Shown piece after piece: positions 38,556 through 50,721 of a stretch of DNA of 64,000 nucleotides. Position 1 is the first letter of the stretch. Every line of letters starts with the position of its first letter. Source of the DNA: Vicugna vicugna (Eukaryota); contig MU057796.1 of NCBI GenBank assembly GCA_013265495.1, positions 372,001-436,000 on the forward strand, in the 5' to 3' direction. The notes under the pieces were generated by a model. That model ran no database searches and was not told the origin of the DNA. It saw only the letters and a list, made by a program, of their open reading frames with translations. The position numbers and the translations under genes are program-made.

Positions 38556-39539
38556 TATACTGGACAAAAAATATTCTGTGTCTTCTTGATTCAGTTTTAG
38601 GGTCGTATTTTATTTAGAAATTTGTTTTGTCTAAGTTTTCAAATTTTTTTTCACATAATATTTTTCATTATAAATTTTTATTATCTTTATCATCTCTGTT
38701 ATATATGAGTTTATGTCTTTTTTTGTACTTCTCATGTTATTTATTATGCCTTTTCTCTTCTTTGAACATATAAAATATAATTATATTTTAACGTTCTTGT
38801 ATGAAAATTCTAACATCTATATCAATTCTGGTTTGGTTTCTATTTATTCATTTTTCTCCTCATTGCAGGTCATAATTTCTTGGCTCTTTCATACTTGATA
38901 ATCTTTAATTGGATGCAAATATTGATGTTTTGGCTTTGTTAGAAGCTGACATTTTTGCATTCCTAGAAACAGTTTTGTACATCGATCTGGGATGCAGTTA
39001 AGTTACTTGGAAACAGCTTCATCCTTTCCGGTCTTGTTCTGAAGATGTGTTAGATGGGACCATAGCAGCTAATTTAGTCCAGGGCTAATTCTCCACTACA
39101 GAGACAACACCCATCTGAGTACTATACCCAGTGCCCTGTGAATTACTAGGTTTTCCAGTCTGGCTGGTGGAAACAGGCGCTGTTCCTACCAGGTCTTCTG
39201 TGAGTTCTGGCTGCTGTTCCCTCTGATCCTTGAAGATAATTTTTTTCCCCTAGCCTCCAGGAGTGCCCTTTACATATGCAGTAATCAGTGCTCTGAAGAG
39301 TACTCAAGGGAGACGCTATGCAGATCTCTGAGTTCCTGCTCTGGGCAGTTCTTCCCTTTATGGAGGAATTTCTGTCCAGCGAACTCTAACTGCTTCAGGA
39401 TCTTTGGGTTTTCTCTTCTGTTGCTTCAAATTCAGAGTCAGATGGCTCCACCTGGGTTCTTCCTCCCTATATTACTGCCAGGAAACTCAAAAGTTTCTGG
39501 CAATTGTAGGGCTCACTTTGTTTTTGTTGTTCAGGAACC

Positions 39540-39660
39540 ATACATATATACACATACACACACACACACACATGCACACATACACATATATATACACATA
39601 TACATACACATATACATAATATATATATACACACACACACACCCCTACATACATACACCA
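39540..39660. repeat. Compound (CA)n/(TA)n/(CATA)n microsatellite
   Basis: Read directly; explains the HT/YT-rich ORFs. Confidence 0.95.
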
Positions 39661-39689
39661 TCTTGGCTTAAAACAGAGGTTGCCTTTTT

Positions 39690-40856
39690 TTTTTTTTTAA
39701 GAATTAGAATTAGATTGGTTTCTTATTGCTGAGTTTTAACAGTTCTTTATGTATTCTGGCTACAAGTCCTTTGTCAGAAATATGATTTGCAAATATGTTC
39801 TCCCCATCTGTAGCTTGGTTTTTCAGTCTCTTAACACTGAGAAAAAGTTCTACATTTTAGTAACATCCAAATGATCACATTTTTCTTGTATAGATGGTTA
39901 TTCAGGTGTCATATTTAAAAATCCTTTGCCAAACCCAAGGTCACAAAGATAGTTTTCTGAATTTTTCTGCTGAAATAATTACAGTTTTATGTTTTACATT
40001 TGGTCAGTTTTGTTAAATGAATAATGTTGAAGGTTGATTTTTTTTTTTTTGCATATGAACATCCAGCTTTTCCAGGATCACTTGTTGTAAAGACTATCCT
40101 CTCTTCACTCTAATTATTTTTGGATTTTTGTCAGAAATCAGTTTATATTTGTGTGAGTCTACTTCTGGCCTCTCTTGTCCTGCTGATCCTTGTTTGTGTC
40201 TGTTCTTTTGCTAATATCATGATGTCTTGACTACTGTAGATTTATAGTAAATCTTGAAACCAGGTAGCCCAAGATTTCCAACTTTGTCCTAATATTCTAA
40301 AATTGTTTTGAATATTCTAGTTCCTTTTCCTCTTTACAGACATTTTGAAATTGTGTTGTTATTTATTTTTAAAAAAGTCTGCTGCCATTTTTTGAGATTG
40401 CATTGAATCTATAGATCAATTTGGGGAGACTTAATTTCTTAACAATATTAAATTATCCATTCTGTGTACATGCTAGATCTTTTTATTTAGATAATTTATT
40501 TCTCTAATGCTGTTTTATAGTTTTGAGTGTAAATGTTTCACACGTTTTGTTGTATTTTTAGTTGAGCATTTTCTTTTTTCACAGCATTTAAATGGTACTT
40601 AAAACTTTTTAAATCCAAATTTTTTATTACCAGGGTATAGAATTACAAAAGCTTTTTAAATATTTGTTTTTTGTCCTGAGAACATCATGAATCATCTATT
40701 AGTTTTAGAAGGTTTTGTAGCTTATTTGGTATTTTCTACACAGAAAGTCATATCATGTGTGAATAAAGACAGTTTTTATTTTTCCTTTTGAATATAATTG
40801 CCTTTTTAAAATCATGTTCTATTTTACTGCCTAGGATTTCCAGTACAATATTGAAT
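39690..40856 (-). mobile_element. Old antisense L1 ORF2 region; host of the younger L1 and resuming at 42343-~42600
   Basis: gagattgcattgaatctatagatcaatttggggaga; ccagtacaatattgaataaga continues as aacatccttgacttgt after the insert. Confidence 0.9.
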
Positions 40857-40873
40857 AAGAGTTATGAAAAAGA

Positions 40874-42325
40874 CTAGAACAAATCATAATAAAAATTATA
40901 TGGAACCATCAAAGACCTAGAATTGCCAAAGCATTACTAAAGAGAAAGAAAGAGGCTGGAGGAATAACTGTCCAAGACTTCAGACAATACTATAGAGCTA
41001 CAGTTACCAGGACAGCATGGTATTGGTACAAAAACAGACATATAGACCAATGGAACAGAATAGAGAGCCCAGAAATGAACCCACAAACTTTTGGTCAACT
41101 AATCTTCAACAAAGGAGGCAAGAATATACAATAACATAGGCAAAACATTATCTGACATACATTTCAAAAATTTTCTCCTAGAAGAAATAAAAGCAAGAAT
41201 AAACAAATGGGACCTAATGAAACTTACAGGCTTCTGCAGAGCAAAGGAAACCAGAAGTAAAACAAGAAGACAACCTATGGAATGGGAGAAAATTTTTGCA
41301 AGTGAAACCGACAAAGGCTTGATCTCCAGAATATATAAGCAGCTCATACGACTCAATGAGAAAAAAATAAACAACCCAATCCAAAAATGGGCAAAAGACC
41401 TAAACAAGCAATTCTCCAAGGAAGACATACAAATGATCAATAAGCACATGAAAAAAATGCTCAATATCACTAATTATCAGAGAAATGCAAATCAAAACTA
41501 AAATGAGGTATCACCTCACACTAGCCAGAATGGCCATCATTCAAAAATCCACAAATGACAAATGCTGCAGAGGCTATGGAGAAAGGGGAACCCTCCTACA
41601 CTGCTGGTGGGAATGCAGTTTGGTGCAGCCACTATGGAAAACAGTATGGAGATACCTCAAAAGACTAGGAATAGACTTACCATATGACCCAGGAATCCCA
41701 CTCCTGTGCTTATATTCAGAAGGAACCCTACTTCAGGATGACACCTGCACCCCAGTGTTCATAGCAGCACTATTTACAATAGCCAAGACATGGAAACAGC
41801 CTAAATGTCCATCAACAGATGACTGGATAAAGAAGCAGTGGTATATTTATACAATGGAATACTACTCAGCCATAAAAACTGACAACATAAAGCCATTTGC
41901 AGCAACATGGATGTCCCTGCAGAATGTCATTCTAAGTGAAGTAAGCCAGAAAGAGAAAGAAAAATGCCATATGAGATCAATATATGTGGAATCTAAAACA
42001 AAAACAAAAACAAAAACAAAAGAACAAAGTATAGATACAAAACAGAAATAGATTCACAGACATAGAATACAAACTTGTGGTTGCCAAGGGGGCGGAAAGT
42101 GGGAAGGGATAGGTGGGATTTGAAAACTGTAGAATAGATAAACAAAATTATACTGTATAGCACAGGGAAATATACACAAGATCTTATGGTAGCTCACAGA
42201 GAAAAAAATGTGACAATCAAAATATGTATGTTCATGTATAACTGAAAAATTGTGCTGTACACTGGAATTGGACACAACATTGTAAAATGATTATAAATCA
42301 ATAAAAAATGTTAAAGACAAAAAAA
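40874..42325 (+). mobile_element. Younger 5'-truncated L1 (ORF2 C-terminus, 3' UTR, A tail) with 17-bp TSD
   Basis: ORF 41485-42051 is the ORF2 cysteine-rich domain ([14 protein letters not shown]); TSD aaga(g/c)ttatgaaaaaga at 40857-40873 and 42326-42342. Confidence 0.95.
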
Positions 42326-43434
42326 AAGACTTATGAAAAAGAACATCCTTGACTTGTTATCATATTATGGGAAGATTTTCAATCTTTCACCATTAAGGGT
42401 GATGTTAGCTGTCTTTTTTTTTTTTGTGGGGTAATATTTCTTAATATCTTAAGTAATTTCTCTATTATTTGAAGGTACTGAAGATATTTTCTTGATAGGA
42501 TGAAAATTTTGTCAAATGCTTTTCGTGCATTTATTGAGATAATCATATGCATTTTGTCTGTTAAGATGGTAAATTACATTGATTTTCAAATGTTGAGGAC
42601 CACTTTAATTTTATTCCTCTTTCTGAGGTTTCTTAGATTTATATGAAGTATAAATGTGAAACCAGACCCATGTGAGAGCAGCCATTGGTTGCAGCTTCTC
42701 AAAAGAACCTTCCCTCTTCCCTTTGGAGCCATGTCAGAGACAGATTTTCTTGTTTTCCTATTTTTTTTCTCTGCCAAATTTCTTTGCAGGAGGTGAAAAC
42801 TCTTTCATTTAAAGTTCCAGCTTTATGCAGAGGTCTGAACGTCAGATATTTTCACTGCATGTGTCCAATGCCACATTTCCTGTTTCATTGCACATTAATA
42901 TCTGAATTTATTAAATTGCATTTTGGCATTTTCTCAGAGTGTTATTGGATTCCTTTATCCATCTGGTTTAATGATCTAGGCTTTTATTGTTTTTAACCCT
43001 TGGGATATTTTTTCTTACATTGTTGCGAATGCCACACTGCAAATTTAAATATCACTGTCAGAGTTTATTTGGCATTTTGGTGTTTTTCAGTTGGATAAAT
43101 TTTCAGAAGATTTAAACCCCTGAACTATCAGGAGTGATTGCCCCACCTTACCGATATTTATTTATATAAACTTTTGGCTGTAGTTTTCCTTTAGGTGTAT
43201 TTCTTTAGGACAGCAGGTAACTTTTTGCTTTTAAATCTCTCCTGAGAATATGTCTTTCAGCAGATTAATTGAATCTGTTTACGCTGTTCTTGTAACTAAT
43301 ATATTTAGATCCTTTCCTTTGTTTTATTTTCTCAAGGATCTTCTGATGATACCAGTCAGCTACAGCTGCCGAGATTTTGAGTTTTCTTCTTGCCAGATGA
43401 TGTCTTGGCATGAGAAACCCAAAGTGCGTAGGTA

Positions 43435-43730
43435 GCTGCTGTAGTTTAAAGAATCAGTCAGATTCTTGCTGTCATGCCTATGAGAAGCAGAGCCTCCCTC
43501 TGGGAACCAGGTTCTCGATATGTACGGAGCCCAGAATTGAATGGACAGAAAGCCCAAATTCTCAAGTGGCTCACTGGAAGTGATGTTATGCCTGAATTCT
43601 TCTTTCATCCCTTTGTTTCCTGACCCATATTTTCTACCTACTGGGGACATGGAATCATAGAGCAATCATTGATTTAGAGTATTTACTGCATCCTGGAGGA
43701 TGGCGCCCCTCTTAGCAGGGTATTGTCTAT
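43435..43730 (-). mobile_element. ERVL-like internal (pol 3' / dUTPase-adjacent) fragment
   Basis: Reverse complement gccatcctccaggatgcagtaaatactctaaatca...gggtcaggaaacaaaggg...ttcccagagggagg resembles recalled ERVL internal sequence. Confidence 0.55.
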
Positions 43731-44519
43731 GAAAGGACACCTCTCTGTGCTCCCAGCCGAACACTCCATCCCTCTGTTAAGACAGCATCGTCAGTGGAGC
43801 AGGTACTGCCCATTAGTGGCTTGCATCACATACTGGGCCAACCCATTAGTTTTTTCTTCCTCCTCCCTCCTCTCTCTCCTATCAGTCAGTCACAAAAGTC
43901 CCCCACATGCACTGGGCAACTGGTAAATTGCCCTCAGCCTGTGACTTCCTGTAATGAGCCTGTCTTCTCGCTGAACTGTCAGCTTCCACTGCCTGCTTCT
44001 AACCTGGAGCTTACTTACCACTTAAACTTTCTGCTCCATTTGGTGTTCATTTTACATTTCTCTAGGTTTTCAGCTCTACCTATATCTTTTTTGCTTTCTC
44101 TTGTTATACTTCATTTGTCATTGGTGTTTGGAGGCAGAGGGCTGATAGCAGAAAATTACTGCACAATCTTCATCAGAAGTTAACTTTTTTATTTTACAAT
44201 TTCTTTGATAAGTGTTTTGTGTTCATTTGCTATTTCTTTTCATCAGAGTGGTTATTATATGTCATATTTAGATCACCTTTTTTCATAATTATTTCAATAT
44301 GTTCATCATTTGCTGTTTTTATCACTTTCCTCTAACTTCTGGAAGGAATTCCTACCACTTGTTACCTAATTTACAATCTTTTTCAGTAGTATTCAGTCTG
44401 CTATTTCCTGTTTATTTCCCTATTTTTTAAAATATAGCAATTGTGTTTTTATCTCCTGCTGTCTTAACTGGTTTTAGATTGTTCCTTATTTATGCTTGTC
44501 TATTCTCCTTCCCTAGTAA

Positions 44520-44760
44520 TTAATTTGGTTGCATAATTAACGTGCACCACATATTTTTGTGGTACATAGATGAATTATTACATTTAAAGTGCACAACAAC
44601 CCTATTTGGTAAATACTGCTGTTGTACCATTTTACAAATGAAACTATGGAAACAAGGTAGGTTTAGTATTGACTGATGATCATGAGCAGCTCATAAGTAG
44701 CAGAGTTGTGGTTTGCACTTGCTGAAGAAGCCCAGAGTCTTAACCACTCCTCTGCATTGC
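44520..44760 (-). mobile_element. MIR SINE (degenerate)
   Basis: cacaacaaccctat...ccattttacaaatgaaact...agtagcagag...cttaaccact. Confidence 0.65.
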
Positions 44761-45484
44761 CTGGCAATAGATGAAAAGCTCTCTTAGATTTTCTCGAGAA
44801 AATGAGTTGTCTTCCAGATTCACAAGAGAAAGACAATGTCTAAATTCTCCTCTGCATTCACCATTTCATCAAAGACATCTTTGTTGATTCCTCAGCCTAT
44901 CTCTTGCCTTGGAATTTAATATTTTTTCACATAACCTATGATCTCTCTGTTTAATCCTCACGGGGGACAATCTATCCATGGTTAGCATTGCCAACCAACA
45001 TGTTTTTTCTCAGAATTTAAGAGCCCTGTTTGAGTACTCCAGACCTAGTGGACCAAGGGAAAGGGGACCTGTGGGTTTATTGTAGTGTTTTGTTACAGTT
45101 CAGATAGCCAAACAACTTGTGAGGAAACCTGAGGAGTAAGAACAGAAGAGATTTGCAACCCATAGTTCCCCTTCTCTGCTCACATTTTTATTTCCCATAT
45201 TTGACGTGGCAGCAATTGTCTTCACCAAACCACTTGCCTCATACGAGTCTCTTATAATTTTTCAGAAGGAGCCTATACTACAAATGAAAATCGACTAAGC
45301 ATCACTTTAGGTTTCCTGTTAGGTATACCCTCTTGTGCCTGGCGCATTTCCCAGGCCTGGCGAGACCAAGAGGAAGGTCCTAATTGATCCATAGCCCACA
45401 TGTGTTTACAGTCTTTGCCTGCCTCATGCCAGGGGTGTTAGTGGAGTTCTGCTCCATGGCCTCTCAGGCAAGCTGGTATTTCTC

Positions 45485-48400
45485 ATGCAGGCTTGGGAGA
45501 TGATACCGGCTTGGGGAGATAATGTGCGCTATGGGAGATGTGGGCTTTAGGTGATGATGCAGGCTAGGGGAGATGATGTGGGCTTGGGGAGATGAGGGCT
45601 TGGCTAGATGATGTGGGCTGTGGGAGATGACTCAGGCTTGGGGTGATGATGTGGTCTTGCGGACATGACGCTGGCTCAGGGAGATGATACGGCCTGGGGA
45701 GATGATGTGGGCCGGGGAGATGATGCTGTCTTGGGGAGATGATGTGGCCATTGGAAGATGTGGGCTTGGGGACATGATGCGGGGTCGGGGAGATCACGTG
45801 TGTTAGGTGAGATATGATTTCAGGGAGATGACGTGGGCTCGAGGAAATGACGTGGGTTTGGGGAGATGATGTGGGCTCACGGATATGACGTGGGCTTGTG
45901 GAAATGACGCAGGCTCGGGGACATGATTCTGCCTTTGGAAGATGATACGGGCTCAGAAACATGATGTGGGCTTTTGGAAATGATGTGGGCTTAGGGAGAT
46001 ACTGCAGGCTTGGGGAGACATGGGCTTGGAGAGATGATTCGGGTTGTGGCAGATGACTCGGGCTTGGGGTGGTGACGCGGTCTCGCGGACAAGTCACGGG
46101 CTCGGGTAGATAATGTGGACTTCGGGAGTTTACGGGGCTCTTGGGGAGACAATGCAAGCTTGGGAGATGATGTGGGCTTGGGGAAATGATATGGGCTTGG
46201 AGAGATGTGGGTTTGGAGACCTGATGCGGGCTGTGGCAGATGACTCGGGCTTGGGGTGATGATGCAGTCTTGCAGACTTGCCACGGGCTCGGTGAGATTA
46301 CGGGGCTTTGGAAGTTGACGGGGTCCTGGGGAGATCTGGGCTCAGGGAGATGATGTGGGCTTGAGGAGACATAGGCTTGGAGAAATGATGCCATTTTGGA
46401 GAGATGATGCAAGCTGGGGGAGATCACATGGCCTTGGGGAGATGACGTGTGCTTGAGATGATGTTGGCTTTTGGAAATAATGTGGCCTTGGGGAGATGTG
46501 GGCTTGGGGAGATGACGTGGGCTTGAGGAGATGTGGGCGTGGAGTGATGTGGGCTTGGAGAGATGATGCGGGCCACGTCATCTTCAAAAGCCCACATCTC
46601 CCCAAGACCACATCATCTCCACAAGCCCACATCTCCACAGGCCCACATCATGTCCCCAAGCCCACATCATCTCTCCAAGCCTGCATCATTTCCTTGATCC
46701 CACATCATCTCCCTGAGATCATATCTCCCTTAACCCACATGATCTCCCCAAACCTGCATCATGTCCCCAGTCCACATTTTCCAAAGCCCACATCATCTCG
46801 CCAAGCCATGTCATCTCCCTGAGCCAGTGTCATGTCCCCGAGCCCGTGTCATCTCTGTGAGCCAGCCTCATGTCCGCGATCCCAAATCATCTCCCTGAGC
46901 ACGCATCATCTTCCCAAGCCCACATCATCTCCCTGAGCCTACAGCGTGTCCACGAGACCGCTTCATCACCCCAAGCCCGAGTCACCTCCCACAGCCCGCA
47001 TCATCTAGCCAAGCCCACATCTCCCCAAGGCCACATTATTTCCAAAAGCCCATATCATCTCCAAAGCCCACGTCATCTTCCCAAGGCAACGTGATCTCCC
47101 CCAACTGGCATCATCTCTCCAAAACAGCATAATCTCTATAAGCCCACATCTCCCAAGCCTGCAGTATCTCCCCAAGCCCACATGATTTCCAAAAGCCACA
47201 ACCACATCATCTCCCCCAGCCCGCATCATGTCTGAAGCCTGCATCATATCCACAAGCCCACATCTCTCCAAGCCCACATCATGTCCTCAAGGTGACATCA
47301 TGTCCCGGAGCACACATAATCTCCCCAGGCAGTGTCAGCTCCCTGAGGCAGTGTCTGTCCCCGAGCCCGTGTGATCTACGTGAGCAAGCATCATGTCCGT
47401 GATCCCAAATCATCTCCCTGAGCCTGCAGCATCTTCTGAAGCCCACATCTCCCCAAGCCTGCATCATCTCCCCAAGCCCGCATCATCTCCTGAAGTTACC
47501 TCATCTCCCAAAGCCTGTGTCATCTCCCTGAGCATATGCATCTCCCTGAGCATGTGTCAGATCCCCAAGCCAGCGTCATGTCCCCAAGCCAGCATAATAC
47601 CCAGAGGCCATGTCATCTAAGCAGGCCCGTGTCATCTCCCAGAGCCCACATAGCTCCCTGATCCGGCATAATTTCCCCGAGCCACAATCTCCCTGAGCCC
47701 ACATCTCCCCAAGCCCACATCATCTCCTCAAGCCCAAATCATCTCCAAAGCCCATGTCATCTCCCCAAGAGCCCCATAATCTCCCAAAGTCCGTGTTATC
47801 TCCCCGAGCCCACGGAATGTCCACGAGATCGTGTCATCACCCCAAGCCCAAGTCATCTGCCACAACCCACATCATCTCTCCAAGCCCACATCTCCACAAG
47901 CCCACAGTATCTCCCTAAGCCCACATCATTTCCAACAGCCCACATCATCTCCACAAGCCCACATCTCCCCAGGCCCACATCATGTCCCCAAGCCCACATC
48001 ATGTCTCCCAGCCTGCATCGTCTTCCTAAGGCAGCGTCACGTCCCTGAGCCTGTGTCATCTCTCCAAGCCTGCGTCACTTCCTTGAGCCCACGTCATCTC
48101 CTTGAGCCCACGACATCTCACTGAGATCATATCTCCCCTAACCCACATGATCTCCCCGAACCCGCATCATGTCCCCAGCCCACATCTTCCAAAGCCCACA
48201 TCATCTCCCCAAGACAGCATCATCTCCCCAGCCCACATCATCTCCCCAGGCCATGTCATCTCCCTGAGGCAGCATCATGTCCCCGAGTTCGTGTCATCTC
48301 CGCAAGCCAGGATCATGTCCGTGATCCCAAATCAACTTCCTGAGCCCGCATCATCTTCCCAAGCCCACATCATCTCCCAAGCCTGCATCATCTCTCCAAG

Positions 48401-49819
48401 CCCCCATCGCTCCAAGCCCCCATCTCCTCAAGCCCACGTCATCTCCCCAAGCCCACATCTCCCCAAGGCCACATTATTTCCAAAAGCCCATATCATCTCC
48501 AAAGCCCATGTCATCTCCCCAAGAGTCCCATAATCTCCCAAAGTCCACGTTATCTCCTCGAGCCCATGGAATGTCCACAAGATCGTGTCATCACCCCAAT
48601 CCCGAGTCATCTGCCACAACCCACATCATCTCTCCAAGCCCACATCATGTCCCCAAGCCCACATCATTTCTCTGAGCCCCCATCCTCTTCCTAAGGCTCT
48701 GGGAGATGATGTGGGCCTGAGAAGATGTGGGCTTGTAGCGATGTGGGCTTGGAGAGATGATGCGGGCTTGGGAGATGATGTGTGCTTGAGGAGATGATGT
48801 GGGCTCGGGGAGATGTGGGCTCGGGGAGATTGTGGCTCAGGGAAATTACGCAGGATTCGGGAGATATGTAAGCTCCGGGAGATGAAACCGGCCTGCGTAG
48901 ATGATGTGGCCTCTGGGTATTACACTGGCTTGGGGACAAGAGGCAGGCTCGGGGAGATGACACGTGCTGAGGGAGATGACATGGGCTTTGGGAGATGAAG
49001 CAACTTTAGGAGATGATTCGAGCTTGGGAGATGATTCGGGCTTGTGGAAATGATGCGGGCTTGGGGAGATGGTGTGGGCTCAGGGAAATTTGGGCTTTGA
49101 GAGATGATGCGGGCTGTGGCAGATGACTCGGGCTTGGGGTGATGACGTGGTCTCGTGGACATGACTTTGGTTCAGGGAGATGATACGGCCTGGGGAGATG
49201 ATGTGGGCCAGGGAGATGATGCTGTCTTGGGGAGATGATGTGGCCATTGGAAGATATGGGCTTGGGGACATGATGCGGGTTCAGGGAGATCATGTGTGTT
49301 AGGTGAGATGTGATCTCAGGGAGATGAGATCCGTGGGCTCAAGGAAATGACGTGGGTTTGGGGAGCTGAGGTGGGCTCGCGGATATGACATGGGCTTGTG
49401 GAAATGACACAGGCTCGGGGACATGATGCTGCCTTTGGAAGATGATACGGGCTCGGAAACGTGATGTAGGCTTTTGGAAATGATGTGGGCTTAGGGAGAT
49501 ACTGCGGGCTTGGGGAGACGTGGGGTTTGAGAGATGATGCGGGTTGTGGCAGATGACTCGGGCTTGGGGTAGTGACATGGTCTCGTGGACATGTCGTGGG
49601 CTCGGGGAGATAATGTGGACTTTGGGAGTTTACAGGGCTCTTGGGGAGACAACGCAAGCTTGGGAGATGATGTGGGCTTGGGGAAATGATATGAGCTTGG
49701 GTAGATGATGTGGGCTTGGGGAGATGTGGGCTTGGAGACCTGATGCGGGCTGTGGCAGATGACTCGGGCTTGGGGTGATGACGTGACTTCAGGAGATGAT
49801 GCAGGCTTAGGAGATGATA
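45485..49819. repeat. Minisatellite array of a degenerate 19-bp unit (GGGGAGATGATGTGGGCTT, with 16-bp variants), with higher-order repeats and an internal inversion
   Basis: G-rich strand is on + at 45485-46571 and 48697-49819; C-rich complement is on + at 46572-48696. Confidence 0.97.
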
Positions 49820-50721
49820 GTCCTAGTCTTTCTTATAGTTCCACTTGTCAAAATTCCTCAAAATTCTTGGCATGGTTCTGGAATATCTAGTATCCAGCAA
49901 ATAATATATTTGGCCTTCTTTTTTAAAAAAAAATTGCATTTTACTAGGAATCTGAAAAAGGGACTAGGAGAGTTAGACATGTTCAAATTTGCTCTTTTGT
50001 TCAGAATCCTAAGTAGGAAATTACAAGTTACCATTAGGTAACAGTGAAAAGTAGACTATAACTTTTGTAATTTTCCAGACACAATGTTCTAATGTTACCA
50101 TGTAATAGTTACATCGATGCATCAGGGCAGATTTGTGTTTTGGTAAGGTTCTTGCAAAAACTGTTCACAGAGACTCTGTAAATTCAACAGTAGATGTTAG
50201 TTGGAGAGTTTATTCCCATCAGAGACTGGAGTCTGAGTATTAGATGTGCAGGAGGGAGAAACTAGCATAAATGCCTTTAAACTGGCTTCCTTGGAAAGGC
50301 TTTGCTGAGATGAGCAATTCTATTTAGAATGACTGCTGCTCATCTTTCTACTAAGATAATCATCCAATGGCAACACGAAAAAGCAGATGTAGCATTTGAA
50401 GGGACATTCTGCTTTTTGAACTCTGAATGCTCTTGAACTCCAGTATGACTCCCAGGGAACCTGTAAGTTAAAAAACAATCACCTTGAAATTCTGGTATAA
50501 TGTGAAGAGCTACAGGAAGCTGAGTGCCTGACTTTTACCAAAGAGAAGATCTGAAATCTAAGCATCATATAAATGGGAATTTTTGCTTCCTCAGTTGTCT
50601 TCCATATAGTCTCTTGCCTCTTTGCTAAATATCAAAGATATTTATGCTTAAACAAATGTTGTCTCCCTCTCAGTGCATCCTCTCCTTCTGGCAGGGAAGT
50701 CATCATGCTGAATTGGTGGCA

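Noticed and set aside
41485..42051. 188-aa ORF as a host gene (also 60473-60823 and 24310-24594)
   Set aside because: These are L1 ORF2 C-terminal fragments of 5'-truncated elements.
45564..46427. 287-aa Pro/His/Ser-rich ORF and the other array ORFs as a real gene
   Set aside because: Three 19-bp units translate to HHLPKPTSSPQAHIISPSP, and the C-rich consensus has no stop in any frame. The ORFs follow the C-rich strand across the inversion, and the units are not multiples of 3.
45485..49819. CRISPR array or C/D-box snoRNA cluster
   Set aside because: There are no unique spacers or cas genes and the context is mammalian. GATGATG is rarely the full RTGATGA box C, and I see no regularly spaced CTGA box D with terminal stems.
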